This document shows, piece after piece, positions 10,326 through 20,783 of a stretch of 64,000 bases of DNA (position 1 is its first letter; every line of letters starts with the position of its first letter). Location: positions 1 to 64,000 of the IMG/VR virus record IMGVR_UViG_3300025154_000065; one strand, 5' to 3'. The DNA comes from a virus. Both the position numbers and the translations under genes were made by a program. The notes under the pieces were generated by a model. The model saw nothing but the letters and a program-made list of their open reading frames with translations, did not search any database and was not told where the DNA came from.

Positions 10326-11126
10326 TTACTTTCCTAATCTTTTATCTAAAAATTCCAATTCGAAATGATATGCGTGTAATGATTTGCAGGTAAATGATAA
10401 TGGACCTGGTTCTACTCCTAATTCATTAGAAATGAATTCATTGAGAAGAATAAAGCCTCCCATATTGGTGCAGAATCCCGAAATCAGACTCCAACTTCTA
10501 TATACTACTTTAGTAGTAAGATAATTTATCCCACCATCTTCAATAATTCTAAAATCTAACATTCTAAGACAAGGACTCGTCTTCCTTTCTTGTTCATTTG
10601 TATATGGTATATCATAAGCAAAATTACTCTCAGGATAACCTACTTGGATCGTACAATGTTCTGTACCAAATCCATATTTCTTAAAATGATTAATAATCCA
10701 ATCAAGTTGATTTGGAACAATAATTTTAGGAGATTTATCCCAAGCATAATTGATATTAAAACGTGCTTCTCCTTCATGTTTTAAGTATAATTGTGGGATT
10801 ATATATTCTCCGCCTGAAATAAATGTTCCGTATTTGTAGTCTTCGTTGTCTTTTATATTCCCATCCATTAAATATTCAACAAAATACTTTTCAATATCTT
10901 CGTCAGTTGTTGGTGCTGGCAATCCTTCAGGCATAATAGGAGCCAAAGGTCTTTGATGAGGATATTTTATAAATCCAGCTACATCATCAAATGCAAGTCT
11001 ATATTGACCCTCATAACTTCCTTTGGTAATAAGATACCTACGCCCTTTTTCTTTTAATGCATATAATAACTTGAACCACGTATCATCCAAGGTTGTTCCT
11101 TCAATCCAAATTGGCTTTATGTTCAT
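10326..11126 (-). CDS. Thymidylate synthase-family protein
   Basis: Catalytic SPCL, YRSW...N and SLHAY motifs; usual RSxD reads RSWS; next to dCMP deaminase. Confidence 0.75.
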   Translation of the reverse strand: MNIKPIWIEGTTLDDTWFKLLYALKEKGRRYLITKGSYEGQYRLAFDDVAGFIKYPHQRPLAPIMPEGLPAPTTDEDIEKYFVEYLMDGNIKDNEDYKYGTFISGGEYIIPQLYLKHEGEARFNINYAWDKSPKIIVPNQLDWIINHFKKYGFGTEHCTIQVGYPESNFAYDIPYTNEQERKTSPCLRMLDFRIIEDGGINYLTTKVVYRSWSLISGFCTNMGGFILLNEFISNELGVEPGPLSFTCKSLHAYHFELEFLDKRLGK

Positions 11127-11130
11127 TATA

Positions 11131-11696
11131 TTACTCCGTTGCTGATAATATTCTTTTAGAAGTTATATTTGTCATAAATGGCATGACATAATTCAAAGTA
11201 CCTTTATCTATTATTAATTGTTGATAAATATTTATCCCACATTCTTTAATGACTCTATCCAAAAATTCTTTATCTTTTACTTCTTTTGAATCATAAGGAT
11301 ATTCATAGTATATCTCTTTAATATTAACAGCAGTAATAAGCTTTAGGCATGTGTAGCAGGGTTCTAAAGTTGTATAAATGACACATCCTTCAATTGAAAT
11401 ACCCATCTTTGCAGCTTGTGCTATATAGCATTGGCTTCAGAATGCGACGAACAACAATACAAGGTCTTGCTAGAGTCATCTATGCCCATCTCTCGACGGC
11501 GACAATAAGGCCGATTTTGGGCTGTTTGAGGGCATTCTGTACAGTGCGGAGCGTTTGGTACGGCTCCGCTATAGCCAGTCGAAAGAATGTGATGATTTTT
11601 GACAATTATTGCACCTGTTGGGCGAGAATTACAAGTGCTTCTTGTAGATACAAGTTTAGCCAAAAGCATAAAATATTGATTCCATGACGGCTTCAT
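11131..11696 (-). pseudogene. dCMP deaminase interrupted by a 2-nt frameshift
   Basis: RSTC, TGY and HSEANAI lie in 11421..11696; YTTLEPCYTC lies in 11131..11406. Removing one TA from GCT ATA TA GCA restores HSEANAIAQAAKMG. Confidence 0.85.
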
Positions 11697-12164
11697 AATA
11701 TTGAAATTACTCCACTAATCCATTTTTAAATTGTTTTATATTTTCTTCTTTCAATTCTTCTTTTATTTTTTCCCAAATAGTATGAAGTGATTCAACTTTA
11801 TCTTTAAAAGTGACATGTTTAATTTTAAATCTATTGTCGATGTTTTCCAGTAAGATATTTTTTATTGGAATTAATTGTTCTTCCGTCAATTCATCAAAGA
11901 ACTTGAAGGTTTTTCCATCAGATCCAAAATAATCTTTTGGATCAACAAATGCAATTTGAAGATCATCATAAGTCATCTTCTTCCTCCTTTACTATCATTA
12001 TTGAGTTATAAGAGTCAACTTGTTCAAACCAATCAGATACTTCCAAATCAGAAGGATAGTGGTCTGGATCTGATTGAGATTTTTCTACCCAAAATTTCTG
12101 GAATTCGTTTACTTCCGAGTGTAATATTTCAACAAATTCATCAATATCCATATTTTGTTATTCC

Positions 12165-13322
12165 CTATTTATAACGAGGTTTTCTACCTGAAATTGATTC
12201 CATAATTTCATTCTCTAAATCATTCCAGCATTGACCTACTATTTGTCTCAATTCGTCTTCTTTATTCTCATCTTCAATGTACTTAATCATATCTTTAATA
12301 TGGTAAGTTTTATTTAAACCAAGATCTCCTTCTGTATTTATTCTACCTCTATCATTGCCCCAAAAATTCTCGTCTCTCATCCATTCTATCATTGATTGAA
12401 GATCATCAATTCCGTATGCGTCATAGATTGCTATCTTTACCTTCCTTCTTTTTCCTGTTAGTTTATTTTTATCAACATCAAGATAGACATAAGAACCAAC
12501 TCTACGTTTCTTTCCTCTAATATCTACATTTATTGCAGCACCAAAATATAATCCAACAGCATGAGTTGCATAGAATCTTATTGCATCACCACCACTTGTG
12601 GTTTTCTCTGGTTGACCGAATCCTTGCTTTAGATTCTGTCTTGTTTGAGATAAAACAAGAGATACAGATTTTGTTTTTCCTATACGAGCTATTGTCTTTC
12701 TAAAACCTTCACTTGCAAGGATCGCCTTACCCGTCTTCCATCCACCCTTAGATGCTTTTGGTTCTTCTCCATCTTCTGTTTCTTTTATCTTTTTTACTAT
12801 AAGATCTTCAGGAAGAGGTAGTGAATCCCATGAGTCTGTTACGCTAATAATTGGTTTTCCACCTTTCATGAATACTTGATGATCATTTTCCCAATTAACA
12901 GTAGTATAATTACCTTTATGCTCGTTATCCGGAATGATTTCAACTCTCTTAATTTTTGGGCCAAATATTTCTTCAAGGTTAAAATGCATTGCTGATTCTA
13001 GTTCAATATATTTCAAATCATATCCATCAAATCTAGGATTTGATACTGCTTCAGCCATAATTGTTAGAGCAAGTAGAGACTTTCCCGTTGATGGATCTCC
13101 TTTAAGATGCACTTCGCTTCCAAGATAATAGCCGCCTTCCCACATTCCAGAACAAGCAAGATTGAGAAGTGTTGAACCAGTTGAGATTAGATCATTTTTG
13201 GTATAATTGGTAATTAGATCAGTGGGTGATTCTAATACTTTGAGATTATCTTCAAATGAATCTGATACTTTCTCTGCACGTTTAAATACTCTATTTGCTG
13301 CTTTATCTAATTCTTCAGTCAT
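12165..13322 (-). CDS. RecA/UvsX-like recombinase
   Basis: ISTGSTLLN, Walker A GDPSTGKS, VTDS, SQTR, SGGDAIRFYAT, KNK. Confidence 0.88.
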   Translation of the reverse strand: MTEELDKAANRVFKRAEKVSDSFEDNLKVLESPTDLITNYTKNDLISTGSTLLNLACSGMWEGGYYLGSEVHLKGDPSTGKSLLALTIMAEAVSNPRFDGYDLKYIELESAMHFNLEEIFGPKIKRVEIIPDNEHKGNYTTVNWENDHQVFMKGGKPIISVTDSWDSLPLPEDLIVKKIKETEDGEEPKASKGGWKTGKAILASEGFRKTIARIGKTKSVSLVLSQTRQNLKQGFGQPEKTTSGGDAIRFYATHAVGLYFGAAINVDIRGKKRRVGSYVYLDVDKNKLTGKRRKVKIAIYDAYGIDDLQSMIEWMRDENFWGNDRGRINTEGDLGLNKTYHIKDMIKYIEDENKEDELRQIVGQCWNDLENEIMESISGRKPRYK

Positions 13323-13571
13323 ATTTATTCCTTATTGAGATTTAATTCAATTCCTTTGATAATAATCTCTGCAAATATATTACAAAATGTAATTAGAAGA
13401 TATATAGCAATAAACCAAGGAACAGAGATTTCGAGTTTGTAGGAAATAAATACCAAATTTATCCCAAAGAATGCAAGAAATAAAAATGTAATAAAAATAT
13501 GTCTATATTTAGGAATATGAACAATCTCATTTTTATTCATTTAAAATCCTCCATTATTTGTTATAAAATAA

Positions 13572-13607
13572 AGCTAGATAGGTTGCCCCAAATCAACCTA
13601 TCTAGCT
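13572..13607 (-). terminator. Intrinsic terminator
   Basis: 14-bp inverted repeat agctagataggttg/caacctatctagct followed by a U-rich tract on the - strand. Confidence 0.75.
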
Positions 13608-13611
13608 ATTA

Positions 13612-13680
13612 CACCAGTTTTCTCAAGACGCACTATAATCATTATGATTATAGCTGCACGATACTTTTTCGACCACTGGC
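13612..13680 (-). ncRNA. Candidate hairpin RNA, possibly Y-RNA-like
   Basis: CCAGU GGUCGAAAAAG ... UCUUGA GAAA ACUGG long hairpin with inner CUAUAAUC/GAUUAUAG stem, directly before the terminator. Confidence 0.35.
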
Positions 13681-13700
13681 AGGGCCGATGGAGGGTTTGT

Positions 13701-14927
13701 TTAATCTCTCTTTAGAATACGTCTACCTCTAGGCTTTTCTACAGCTTCCAATTCATCTTTCTTTGCCTTACATGCCTTGTAAACATCATCGGCACACTTA
13801 TTACATTCTTCATTAGTAAGTGTATCTTTGCCAAATTCAAGCATTGAAGGACATTTGGCAATTAGTCCTCTATCAGCAGGAGATTCTTCTTCTCTGGTCC
13901 TAGAGAGTCTTTTAGTAGACTGTTCTTCCTGTTTTTCTTCATCTTTCTTCTCAGGTTCAGGAGTCTCTTCGGTAGTACTCCTTTTAAGCCTTCTTGAACC
14001 TCTGGAATCTTCTTGTTTTTCTTCCTTCTTTTCTTCTTGTTTAGTATCTTCTGTCTTTTTACTTTCTACTGACCAATAAAGATCATTGAGTTCTTTGTAG
14101 GTCATAAGAATCAGAGTGTCATCGAGACAGATTGCGTCTTCAAGTTCTTCATCAGAAATAACATATGGCTTTCCTTTAACCATACGATCTACAAACCTAT
14201 GACCTTCATATGCCGCAGTAGTATCCTTGCCTTTACCACTCTTCTTATAGACAAAGTAGATAGTCTTACCTTCATCGGGATCAGGATAAGTGACAGCACC
14301 CGTACCTGCTCTCTCATCTTCTTCAGAAAGAGTATCAAGATTCTTCTGCATGAAGTGATGACTTACTTCATAAATCTGACAACCTTTCTCTTCCTCTTCG
14401 CCACCATCACGCACAATAGCATTGTACATTACTCGACGATAGGCTTTCTTCTCTTTCCAGATTGCCTTGCGTTTATCTGCATCAGGTTCATCAGCTTGTG
14501 CTGATTTAAGATGTTCGCAGATAGGACATCCAACGACATTCTCTTCGGGATCAGCAACTCGTCCAAGTTCTACAGCTTCTTCATCGGAAAAACATTTACC
14601 TGCTTTGAATGTATTCATAGGACATACAACGCTAGCACCTAGAGGACCGACATTTTTATGCATATGGATATCCATAACATGCCGAAAAGTCCCAGGCTTA
14701 GGTGCTTTCTTGAGAGTCTTATCAGGAAAATGTTTTCCAATGCGAAATGGAATACAATCCCAATAATGTTTAACTCCATCATCATTACCTTCAGGAATCC
14801 ATTGACTCCTTCCATCAGGCACAGTAAAGTATGTCTCAAAAGATGAAGAATTGAAATTTTTGGATTCTTGAGATTCCTGAACAGATTCTTTCAGTTCAGC
14901 CTTCATTAGTTCTCTTGCACTAGGCAT
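13701..14927 (-). CDS. Probable ssDNA-binding protein (gp32-like)
   Basis: HMH...VCP...CPICE zinc motif, YNAIV, long charged tail; sits between RecA and UvsY-like genes. Confidence 0.6.
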   Translation of the reverse strand: MPSARELMKAELKESVQESQESKNFNSSSFETYFTVPDGRSQWIPEGNDDGVKHYWDCIPFRIGKHFPDKTLKKAPKPGTFRHVMDIHMHKNVGPLGASVVCPMNTFKAGKCFSDEEAVELGRVADPEENVVGCPICEHLKSAQADEPDADKRKAIWKEKKAYRRVMYNAIVRDGGEEEEKGCQIYEVSHHFMQKNLDTLSEEDERAGTGAVTYPDPDEGKTIYFVYKKSGKGKDTTAAYEGHRFVDRMVKGKPYVISDEELEDAICLDDTLILMTYKELNDLYWSVESKKTEDTKQEEKKEEKQEDSRGSRRLKRSTTEETPEPEKKDEEKQEEQSTKRLSRTREEESPADRGLIAKCPSMLEFGKDTLTNEECNKCADDVYKACKAKKDELEAVEKPRGRRILKRD

Positions 14928-15658
14928 AAATTATTTGCTCCTTTTATCTATTCGTTTTTCAATTATCTTGAATAATTCAAGGATTGTATATTGATCTGTC
15001 ATATTTATTGGAGTATCATCACTTGATGATTCACAAATGTTAGCGGTTAATGATAAATCAATAGTAAAAGTTACCGGACTTCTAAGATATGATTTATAAT
15101 TTCCAAATAGCGATGTCGTTTCAATCATATCTGTGTCTTGTTTAATCATTAATTCTCTAGGAAAACATTCTTTAAATATATAAGATCCTTGTCCTGGCAT
15201 AATAATGGTCATATCTTTACCATTACTATATATTTGTATTGAACCGTCGTGAATTCTATACGACATCATCAATATCCTTATCGAGTAAATCTTGTAATTG
15301 TTTTTCAAGCTTTGTTAAACACTTTTTGGCAGATTGAATCTCATAAAGTCTTTGCTTGAGAACTCCCTTAGCCATTTCCTTCTTTTCTTCTTCAATTTCA
15401 ATTTTCACTTCATCCATAAGATCAGAAATCTTCATTTGATACTCCTTATGTCTAATTACTAATTTTTCTTTTGATTACAAAATCGCCTATCTTAACCTTA
15501 TCATCTTTTTCAGTAATCAATATAGGGATAAGAATGTGATCTTTGTCTAATTCTAGATTATCTTCTAATTCTAGATATCCTTCATCATTAATATATCCTA
15601 CTGGATCTCCTTTCCAAAATATTCTATATTTCATATATTATATTCCTATTTGTTTGAT

Positions 15659-15743
15659 TGGTGGGGAAGGAGGGATTCGAACCCTCAAGCTATTCGCCGA
15701 AGAATTTTAAGTTCTTTTCCTCTACCAATTGGGCTACTCTCCC
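15659..15743 (-). tRNA. tRNA-Leu(UAA)
   Basis: Cloverleaf: D arm GCCCAAUUGGUAGAGG, anticodon arm AAGAA-CUUAAAA-UUCUU, long variable arm, GGUUCGAAUCC, encoded CCA. Confidence 0.9.
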
Positions 15744-15974
15744 AGAAATATTAAAAAGGTATTTGATTGAATGGTATTTTAAACATACATGTAGACGATG
15801 CCATTCTTCTCAAGAATTCTTTTCTTGTAATTCTCATATGATACCATTCATGATCAAAATATTCTGGTTTTCTATTCCATCCATCAGGATCATATATCTC
15901 AAAATAAGGATGATATACTTTTGACCAAATCTCACTTGTTAGATAGAATGTTTTCATGGTATCTTTCTAAGTGT

Positions 15975-16174
15975 TGCTGCGGACAAGGAATCGAACCTTG
16001 TACTTCTGGCATTGACTGTTAGTTCCCAACTTTTCATATCTGTGGTATTCCTCGCCTTTTAATGACTGGTTAAGATGCACTAAGCAGAGCTTAACGGGTG
16101 TACTCTCGGTCATTCACTGATATGAAAGTATCCAGACTATGGGTTTGAGCGACTATCCTTTCCGCCACCGCAGC
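15975..16174 (-). ncRNA. 200-nt tRNA-like RNA with a ~125-nt structured insertion
   Basis: Acceptor GCUGCGG/CCGCAGC, D-arm-like hairpin, T arm CAAGG-UUCGAUU-CCUUG, nested internal stems. Confidence 0.7.
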
Positions 16175-16183
16175 AATTCTTTA

Positions 16184-16459
16184 TTAATTCAATTCTTTCT
16201 TCCAAGCAGAAGAAGGCTTGAATCGAATTGCATTCTTTTCGCCAACTTCAATAGCTTCACCACTACGAGGATTTCTTGCTGTTCTCGGTGCTCTAACTAC
16301 ATTCTTGAAAGAACCAAACTTATGGATATCTACATCATTTCCCATGGAAATCTCAAATTTAATTCGATCAAAAATAAAATCAACCAATTCTTCAGCCATT
16401 TCCCTGTTGATTGTTGCAAAAGATTCCTTGATGTCAACAGCCAATTCCTTCTTAGTCAT
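16184..16459 (-). CDS. HU/IHF-family DNA-binding protein
   Basis: MTKKEL...FGSF...RTARNPRSGE...FKPS. Confidence 0.92.
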   Translation of the reverse strand: MTKKELAVDIKESFATINREMAEELVDFIFDRIKFEISMGNDVDIHKFGSFKNVVRAPRTARNPRSGEAIEVGEKNAIRFKPSSAWKKELN

Positions 16460-17062
16460 TTATAATTCCTTTCTAATAAGTCGTTTTGATTTTGATAAAT
16501 TATCAACCACTTCTTCATTTATATCAGACCCTATAACTTCTTGAATCCTCCTTTCTACAGAACCTTTTTCTTTAGGTTTTGCCCAATAATTTTGTTTATA
16601 CAAATCTATATCTGATTCAATCATTGACTTTCTATTCTCAAATGATTTTACTGCTACTTCTAATGCATCTTCTCTTTTCTGTGCTTCATTAAGATTAATA
16701 GCAGCTTGATGTAAGATTTCACGACATTCTTTCAATACTTCTTGGTAATCTTCATGTCGTATAATCCAATTTTCAACTATTGTATCTGTGATCTTTTTAA
16801 GATCGTATTTTTGCCAATTGGTACGGATGTCATGATCGAGTTCTGCTTTAATTTTTTCTATCTCATGTTTGAGATTAGCTTTTGCTACATCATAAGCCTC
16901 TTTTGCATCATATCTTAGTGCTTTTGCTCTTGCATAAGCCTTTGCCCACTTAGCAAAGATATCTGCATGAGTACAACAAATCTCATGCAGGTAGTATGGA
17001 TCAATTGTTAAATCGGCTTCATAATTATACTCAAACTCTTTGTCTGTCATACTTACCCTCAA
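16460..17062 (-). CDS. UvsY-like recombination mediator (helical)
   Basis: DLTID...L, long helical body, FENRKSMI...YW end; in recombination context. Confidence 0.5.
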   Translation of the reverse strand: MRVSMTDKEFEYNYEADLTIDPYYLHEICCTHADIFAKWAKAYARAKALRYDAKEAYDVAKANLKHEIEKIKAELDHDIRTNWQKYDLKKITDTIVENWIIRHEDYQEVLKECREILHQAAINLNEAQKREDALEVAVKSFENRKSMIESDIDLYKQNYWAKPKEKGSVERRIQEVIGSDINEEVVDNLSKSKRLIRKEL

Positions 17063-17072
17063 TTTGTATAAG

Positions 17073-17082
17073 CATTATAGCA
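17073..17082 (-). promoter_or_regulatory. Extended -10 promoter TGCTATAATG
   Basis: TGn+TATAAT upstream of 17062; related motif at 29092, 34529 and 38457. Confidence 0.55.
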
Positions 17083-17423
17083 TATGCAAATGTATCGTGA
17101 TTAAAAATCTTTTACTTTTTGGAGAGGGTAAAAATCTTCATCTGGTATCTCTCCAATCAACCATAAAAGTGTCTCATGTACTCCATCTTCATATGTATTC
17201 TCATATGCTGTTGTACTTTGAGGAAATTTTTGAAGAATATCTCTTATTTGTCTACTTTTACAAATAATTGATTTCCAATTTGTTAAAACTGATTCAGTAG
17301 TGATTGGTTTATAATCGAAAGAACATTTTTTGCATACTGGTCCTTTATTGATATAAGTTATCATTCCATCTGTTGAAATTCTATCTCCACATTCCGAACA
17401 GAATACATCAACCGTGTTTGTCA

Positions 17424-20400
17424 TTACAATCCTCCTATCTTTTTACATTTCATAGCAAAATTCTTAATACCTTCTTCAAATAAAAGTTTATTATTTGGAT
17501 TATGAAGAACTGATGATGGATGCATACTCCAACAAATCCAACATCCAAATTTGTTATTCTCAAACCATTCAGTAGGATTTTCCTGAACCTGCTTTACAAT
17601 TCCACCCATTTGTTTCTTAAAATAATATTTTGATATATTGCCACCAGCAAGAATAAGATTGGGTTGAATAAACTCAAGTTCTGCATCCAACCATTTACGA
17701 CAAGCATCTATATGTTTTTCTGATGGATTTTTGATGATAGAACCGGGATAACAATGAACCGCGTTGGTTACATGAAACATATCTCTGGTCAATTTGTATT
17801 TCTTCAGTTCCTTCCAAAGAGTTTCTCCGGCTTTGTGGATCAAAGCAATCCCTTCATCATTTTCAACTTTTCCTGGCGCTTCCATCACAATAACAATCTT
17901 ATTCTTAGCAGATGAAGGAGGAACTGGCCTTCGTGCATGTAAATGTAATTCACAGGATTGACACTTGAATAGATTCTTATCAATCTCAAATGGTTTACAA
18001 GTCTTCTCAAGTTTTACATGGATATCACCACTAAATGCTTTATCAATGTCTGCAATATTGTGATAGCCATTCTTCTCAAGAAGTTCTATCAATTTTGGAT
18101 ATTTATTGTCAATCTTACCTAATACATTAAATTTAAAATACTTTTCTGCAACCGATTGATCTATGTCAGCATCTTTATCAAATGCTTTGATGTCATTAAG
18201 GATATCTAACATCTTGCCTTTGACACTGTATTGCTGAGACTCAAGAATAAAAAATCCCTTCCTCTTTTTTGGTGTTAGACTTAGCACTAACTCGTCAGCC
18301 ATTTTATCCCCGACTCCTTCTATAGCTGAGAAGGGCACGACCAGTTTCTTGTCCTTAATAAGCCATTTACGGCCATCTGAGATGCCTACCTTGGGTGTTA
18401 GCAAATCCAAACTTAGTCTTCTGGCTTCCTTAATTAAATCATCCTTAGAAGTCTTCTGGTCATAGGTCAGACAGCCACAAATATATTCTGCAGGATAGTA
18501 ATGCTTTAACCAAGCTGTGTACATTCCTATCATTGCGTAAGCGCAACTGTGACTTTTATTGAAGGAATAGGATGCATGTTTTTGTAAACCTTCCCAAAAT
18601 GTCTCAGCTTGTTCTCTTGATAAAGTGTGATTTTCTAAACATCCTACCATAAATTGATCTTTAAATGGTTTAAATTCAGCAGGATCTCGTTTCTTTCCAA
18701 TTACCTTTCTGATTTTATCTGCAACTGGATATGGTAAACCTGCTACTTTGTAAATAACATTCATTACATCTTCTTGATAAACAATCAATCCATAAGTATT
18801 TTTAAGTATTTCTTCATATAGTGGATGAATTGGTTTCCATTTCTCTCCATGTTTGCGTTTAATATATTCAGTAGTTTGACCGCTATCATAAGGTCCAGGT
18901 CTTACAAGTGCTACTGCATCACTCAAATGACTAAACTTCTCTATTCCCATTTCCTTGATAAGTTTAGTCATTGGTTTAGTACCTGCTTGAAAAACACCTA
19001 TTGTATAGCCATTGGAGATATCTTTCAATACTGCTTTATCTTCAAGATTAATCTTTGTAAAATCAATATCTTTGTTATGATTCTCTTTGATAAGTCTTTT
19101 TGCTTCATCCAGTGCTTCAAGAGTTGATAGACCAAGTACATCAAGTTTCATTAACCCCATATACTCACAGTCGGCCATTTCCCAATTGACCGTCAAAGAA
19201 CCATCTCTCATTGCAAGATTACATTTTGTTCCATCTCTTAAATCTTCATTTGAGATTATAATTCCTGCTGCATGTTGTCCACTGCTCTTATTAATTCCTT
19301 CAAGGATTATTGCATGGTCTACAATATGAGAATATTTTCTATCAAATTCTTTGCCTATTTCTGTATTTAGAACAGTTTCAATAGTATCATCTTTGCCTAT
19401 TTGCTTTGAGAATAAATCTACTTCTTTTAAAGGAATTTCAAATGTACTTGCTACACTTCTTATAGAAGATTTATTCTTCATTTTTTGAAAAGTAGATATC
19501 CCTGCAATATTATATTTCCCGTAAGTTCCCTCAAGATAGATTCTGACTTTATCTCTGTTGCTAAAATCAATATCTATATCTGGCATATCTAATCGTTCTT
19601 CATTAATAAATCTTGAAAATGGGAGATCAAATTTAAGAGGATTAATATTAGTAATACCTAAAAAATACGCCAACAATGAACTACCGCAACTACCTCTTCC
19701 TGGTCCTGTCATTACGCCATTTTGTTTACACCATTGAATAAGATCCCAAACAATTAGAAAATATTCTATAAATCCTTTATCTTTGATTACTTTGAATTCA
19801 TGCTCAAATCTTTCTTCATATTCTGCTGGCATAAATTCGCCAATTTTTTCTATACTTCCTTGAACGCATAGATGTTGTAAATATTCATCACTTGTTTTGC
19901 AGATAGTTTGAGATTTTACAGATGGAGGAAGAGGAAGATTTATATTTTGTTTTTGAATTTTAAATTCAGAACAATATTCTGCTATATAAACCGTTTGTTG
20001 CATTGCTTCAAGATAGATATCTGAATCTAATTGATTTTGTTTCTCAAATGCCTTAATCATCTCATTGGCTGATTTCAAATGAAGATCATAATCAGTGAAT
20101 TTCATTCGATTAGGATCAGACCATTTTTTTTGAGTCTGCATTGCAAGAAGGACTTCATGAGATTCTTTGTCTTCTTTGTAGATATAGTGACAATCTAATG
20201 TTGCACATAATGGTAGATATTTTCCATTGATCTTTGTTTCAATTACCAACTCATTCATTGCTTTCTGCGAGTCAGTATTATGTGGCATTATTTCGCCAAA
20301 GATATCATCAGGTATTTTTTCTTGCAATTGTTCTAGGAATTGCCTTCCTTCTGGACTTCCTAGAACGCCATTAGCACAACCTGTCAATACAGTAAGACCG

Positions 20401-20783
20401 CTACAATGATTGAGAAATGTAGGATAGTCAATTCTTGGCCTATAGTAGAAGCCAGAAAGATTGGCATATGTAAGCATTTTTAATACATTATGCCAACCTT
20501 CCTGATTATTTATTAGAACAGTTATGTGATGATTCTTTTCTTTTGCTCGGATAGTCGCATCCTTGACAATATTGAATTCCACGCCTATGACACTTTTAAC
20601 ACCTTGCTTCTCACACTCATTTTGAAATTTAATAGAACCGTCTATGTTTCTGTGATCCGTTATTGCTAAATATTCAAAGTCTAATTCTTTAGCCCTAGTG
20701 ACTAATTCTTTGATTTTACATGCACCATCTAAAAGACTATATTCTGTATGTACATGAAGATGTGCAAAGTCTTTATTCTGCAT
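17424..20783 (-). CDS. dnaE: DNA polymerase III alpha with C-terminal family-4 uracil-DNA glycosylase-like domain
   Basis: PHP HLHVHTEYSLLDG, GPGRGS, PDIDID, HAAG, KLDVLGL, YSFNKSH; C-terminal CQSC...EAPG..E...HCYP...HPS. Confidence 0.93.
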   Translation of the reverse strand: MQNKDFAHLHVHTEYSLLDGACKIKELVTRAKELDFEYLAITDHRNIDGSIKFQNECEKQGVKSVIGVEFNIVKDATIRAKEKNHHITVLINNQEGWHNVLKMLTYANLSGFYYRPRIDYPTFLNHCSGLTVLTGCANGVLGSPEGRQFLEQLQEKIPDDIFGEIMPHNTDSQKAMNELVIETKINGKYLPLCATLDCHYIYKEDKESHEVLLAMQTQKKWSDPNRMKFTDYDLHLKSANEMIKAFEKQNQLDSDIYLEAMQQTVYIAEYCSEFKIQKQNINLPLPPSVKSQTICKTSDEYLQHLCVQGSIEKIGEFMPAEYEERFEHEFKVIKDKGFIEYFLIVWDLIQWCKQNGVMTGPGRGSCGSSLLAYFLGITNINPLKFDLPFSRFINEERLDMPDIDIDFSNRDKVRIYLEGTYGKYNIAGISTFQKMKNKSSIRSVASTFEIPLKEVDLFSKQIGKDDTIETVLNTEIGKEFDRKYSHIVDHAIILEGINKSSGQHAAGIIISNEDLRDGTKCNLAMRDGSLTVNWEMADCEYMGLMKLDVLGLSTLEALDEAKRLIKENHNKDIDFTKINLEDKAVLKDISNGYTIGVFQAGTKPMTKLIKEMGIEKFSHLSDAVALVRPGPYDSGQTTEYIKRKHGEKWKPIHPLYEEILKNTYGLIVYQEDVMNVIYKVAGLPYPVADKIRKVIGKKRDPAEFKPFKDQFMVGCLENHTLSREQAETFWEGLQKHASYSFNKSHSCAYAMIGMYTAWLKHYYPAEYICGCLTYDQKTSKDDLIKEARRLSLDLLTPKVGISDGRKWLIKDKKLVVPFSAIEGVGDKMADELVLSLTPKKRKGFFILESQQYSVKGKMLDILNDIKAFDKDADIDQSVAEKYFKFNVLGKIDNKYPKLIELLEKNGYHNIADIDKAFSGDIHVKLEKTCKPFEIDKNLFKCQSCELHLHARRPVPPSSAKNKIVIVMEAPGKVENDEGIALIHKAGETLWKELKKYKLTRDMFHVTNAVHCYPGSIIKNPSEKHIDACRKWLDAELEFIQPNLILAGGNISKYYFKKQMGGIVKQVQENPTEWFENNKFGCWICWSMHPSSVLHNPNNKLLFEEGIKNFAMKCKKIGGL

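Noticed and set aside
11421-11423. TAG readthrough or alternative genetic code
   Set aside because: The downstream half is in another frame, and TAG ends many normal genes in the window.
16025-16130. Sixth copy of the TROVE-operon RNA module (UACU, 8 bp, AAGUU)
   Set aside because: The WUACAUG loop is absent and the bases can simply pair, so the resemblance may be chance.
15975-16174. tmRNA
   Set aside because: No alanine G3:U70 identity, has a D stem, is short, and shows no evident tag frame.
17424-20783. Intein in DnaE
   Set aside because: Motif spacing is continuous; no C...HN splice termini or LAGLIDADG block seen.
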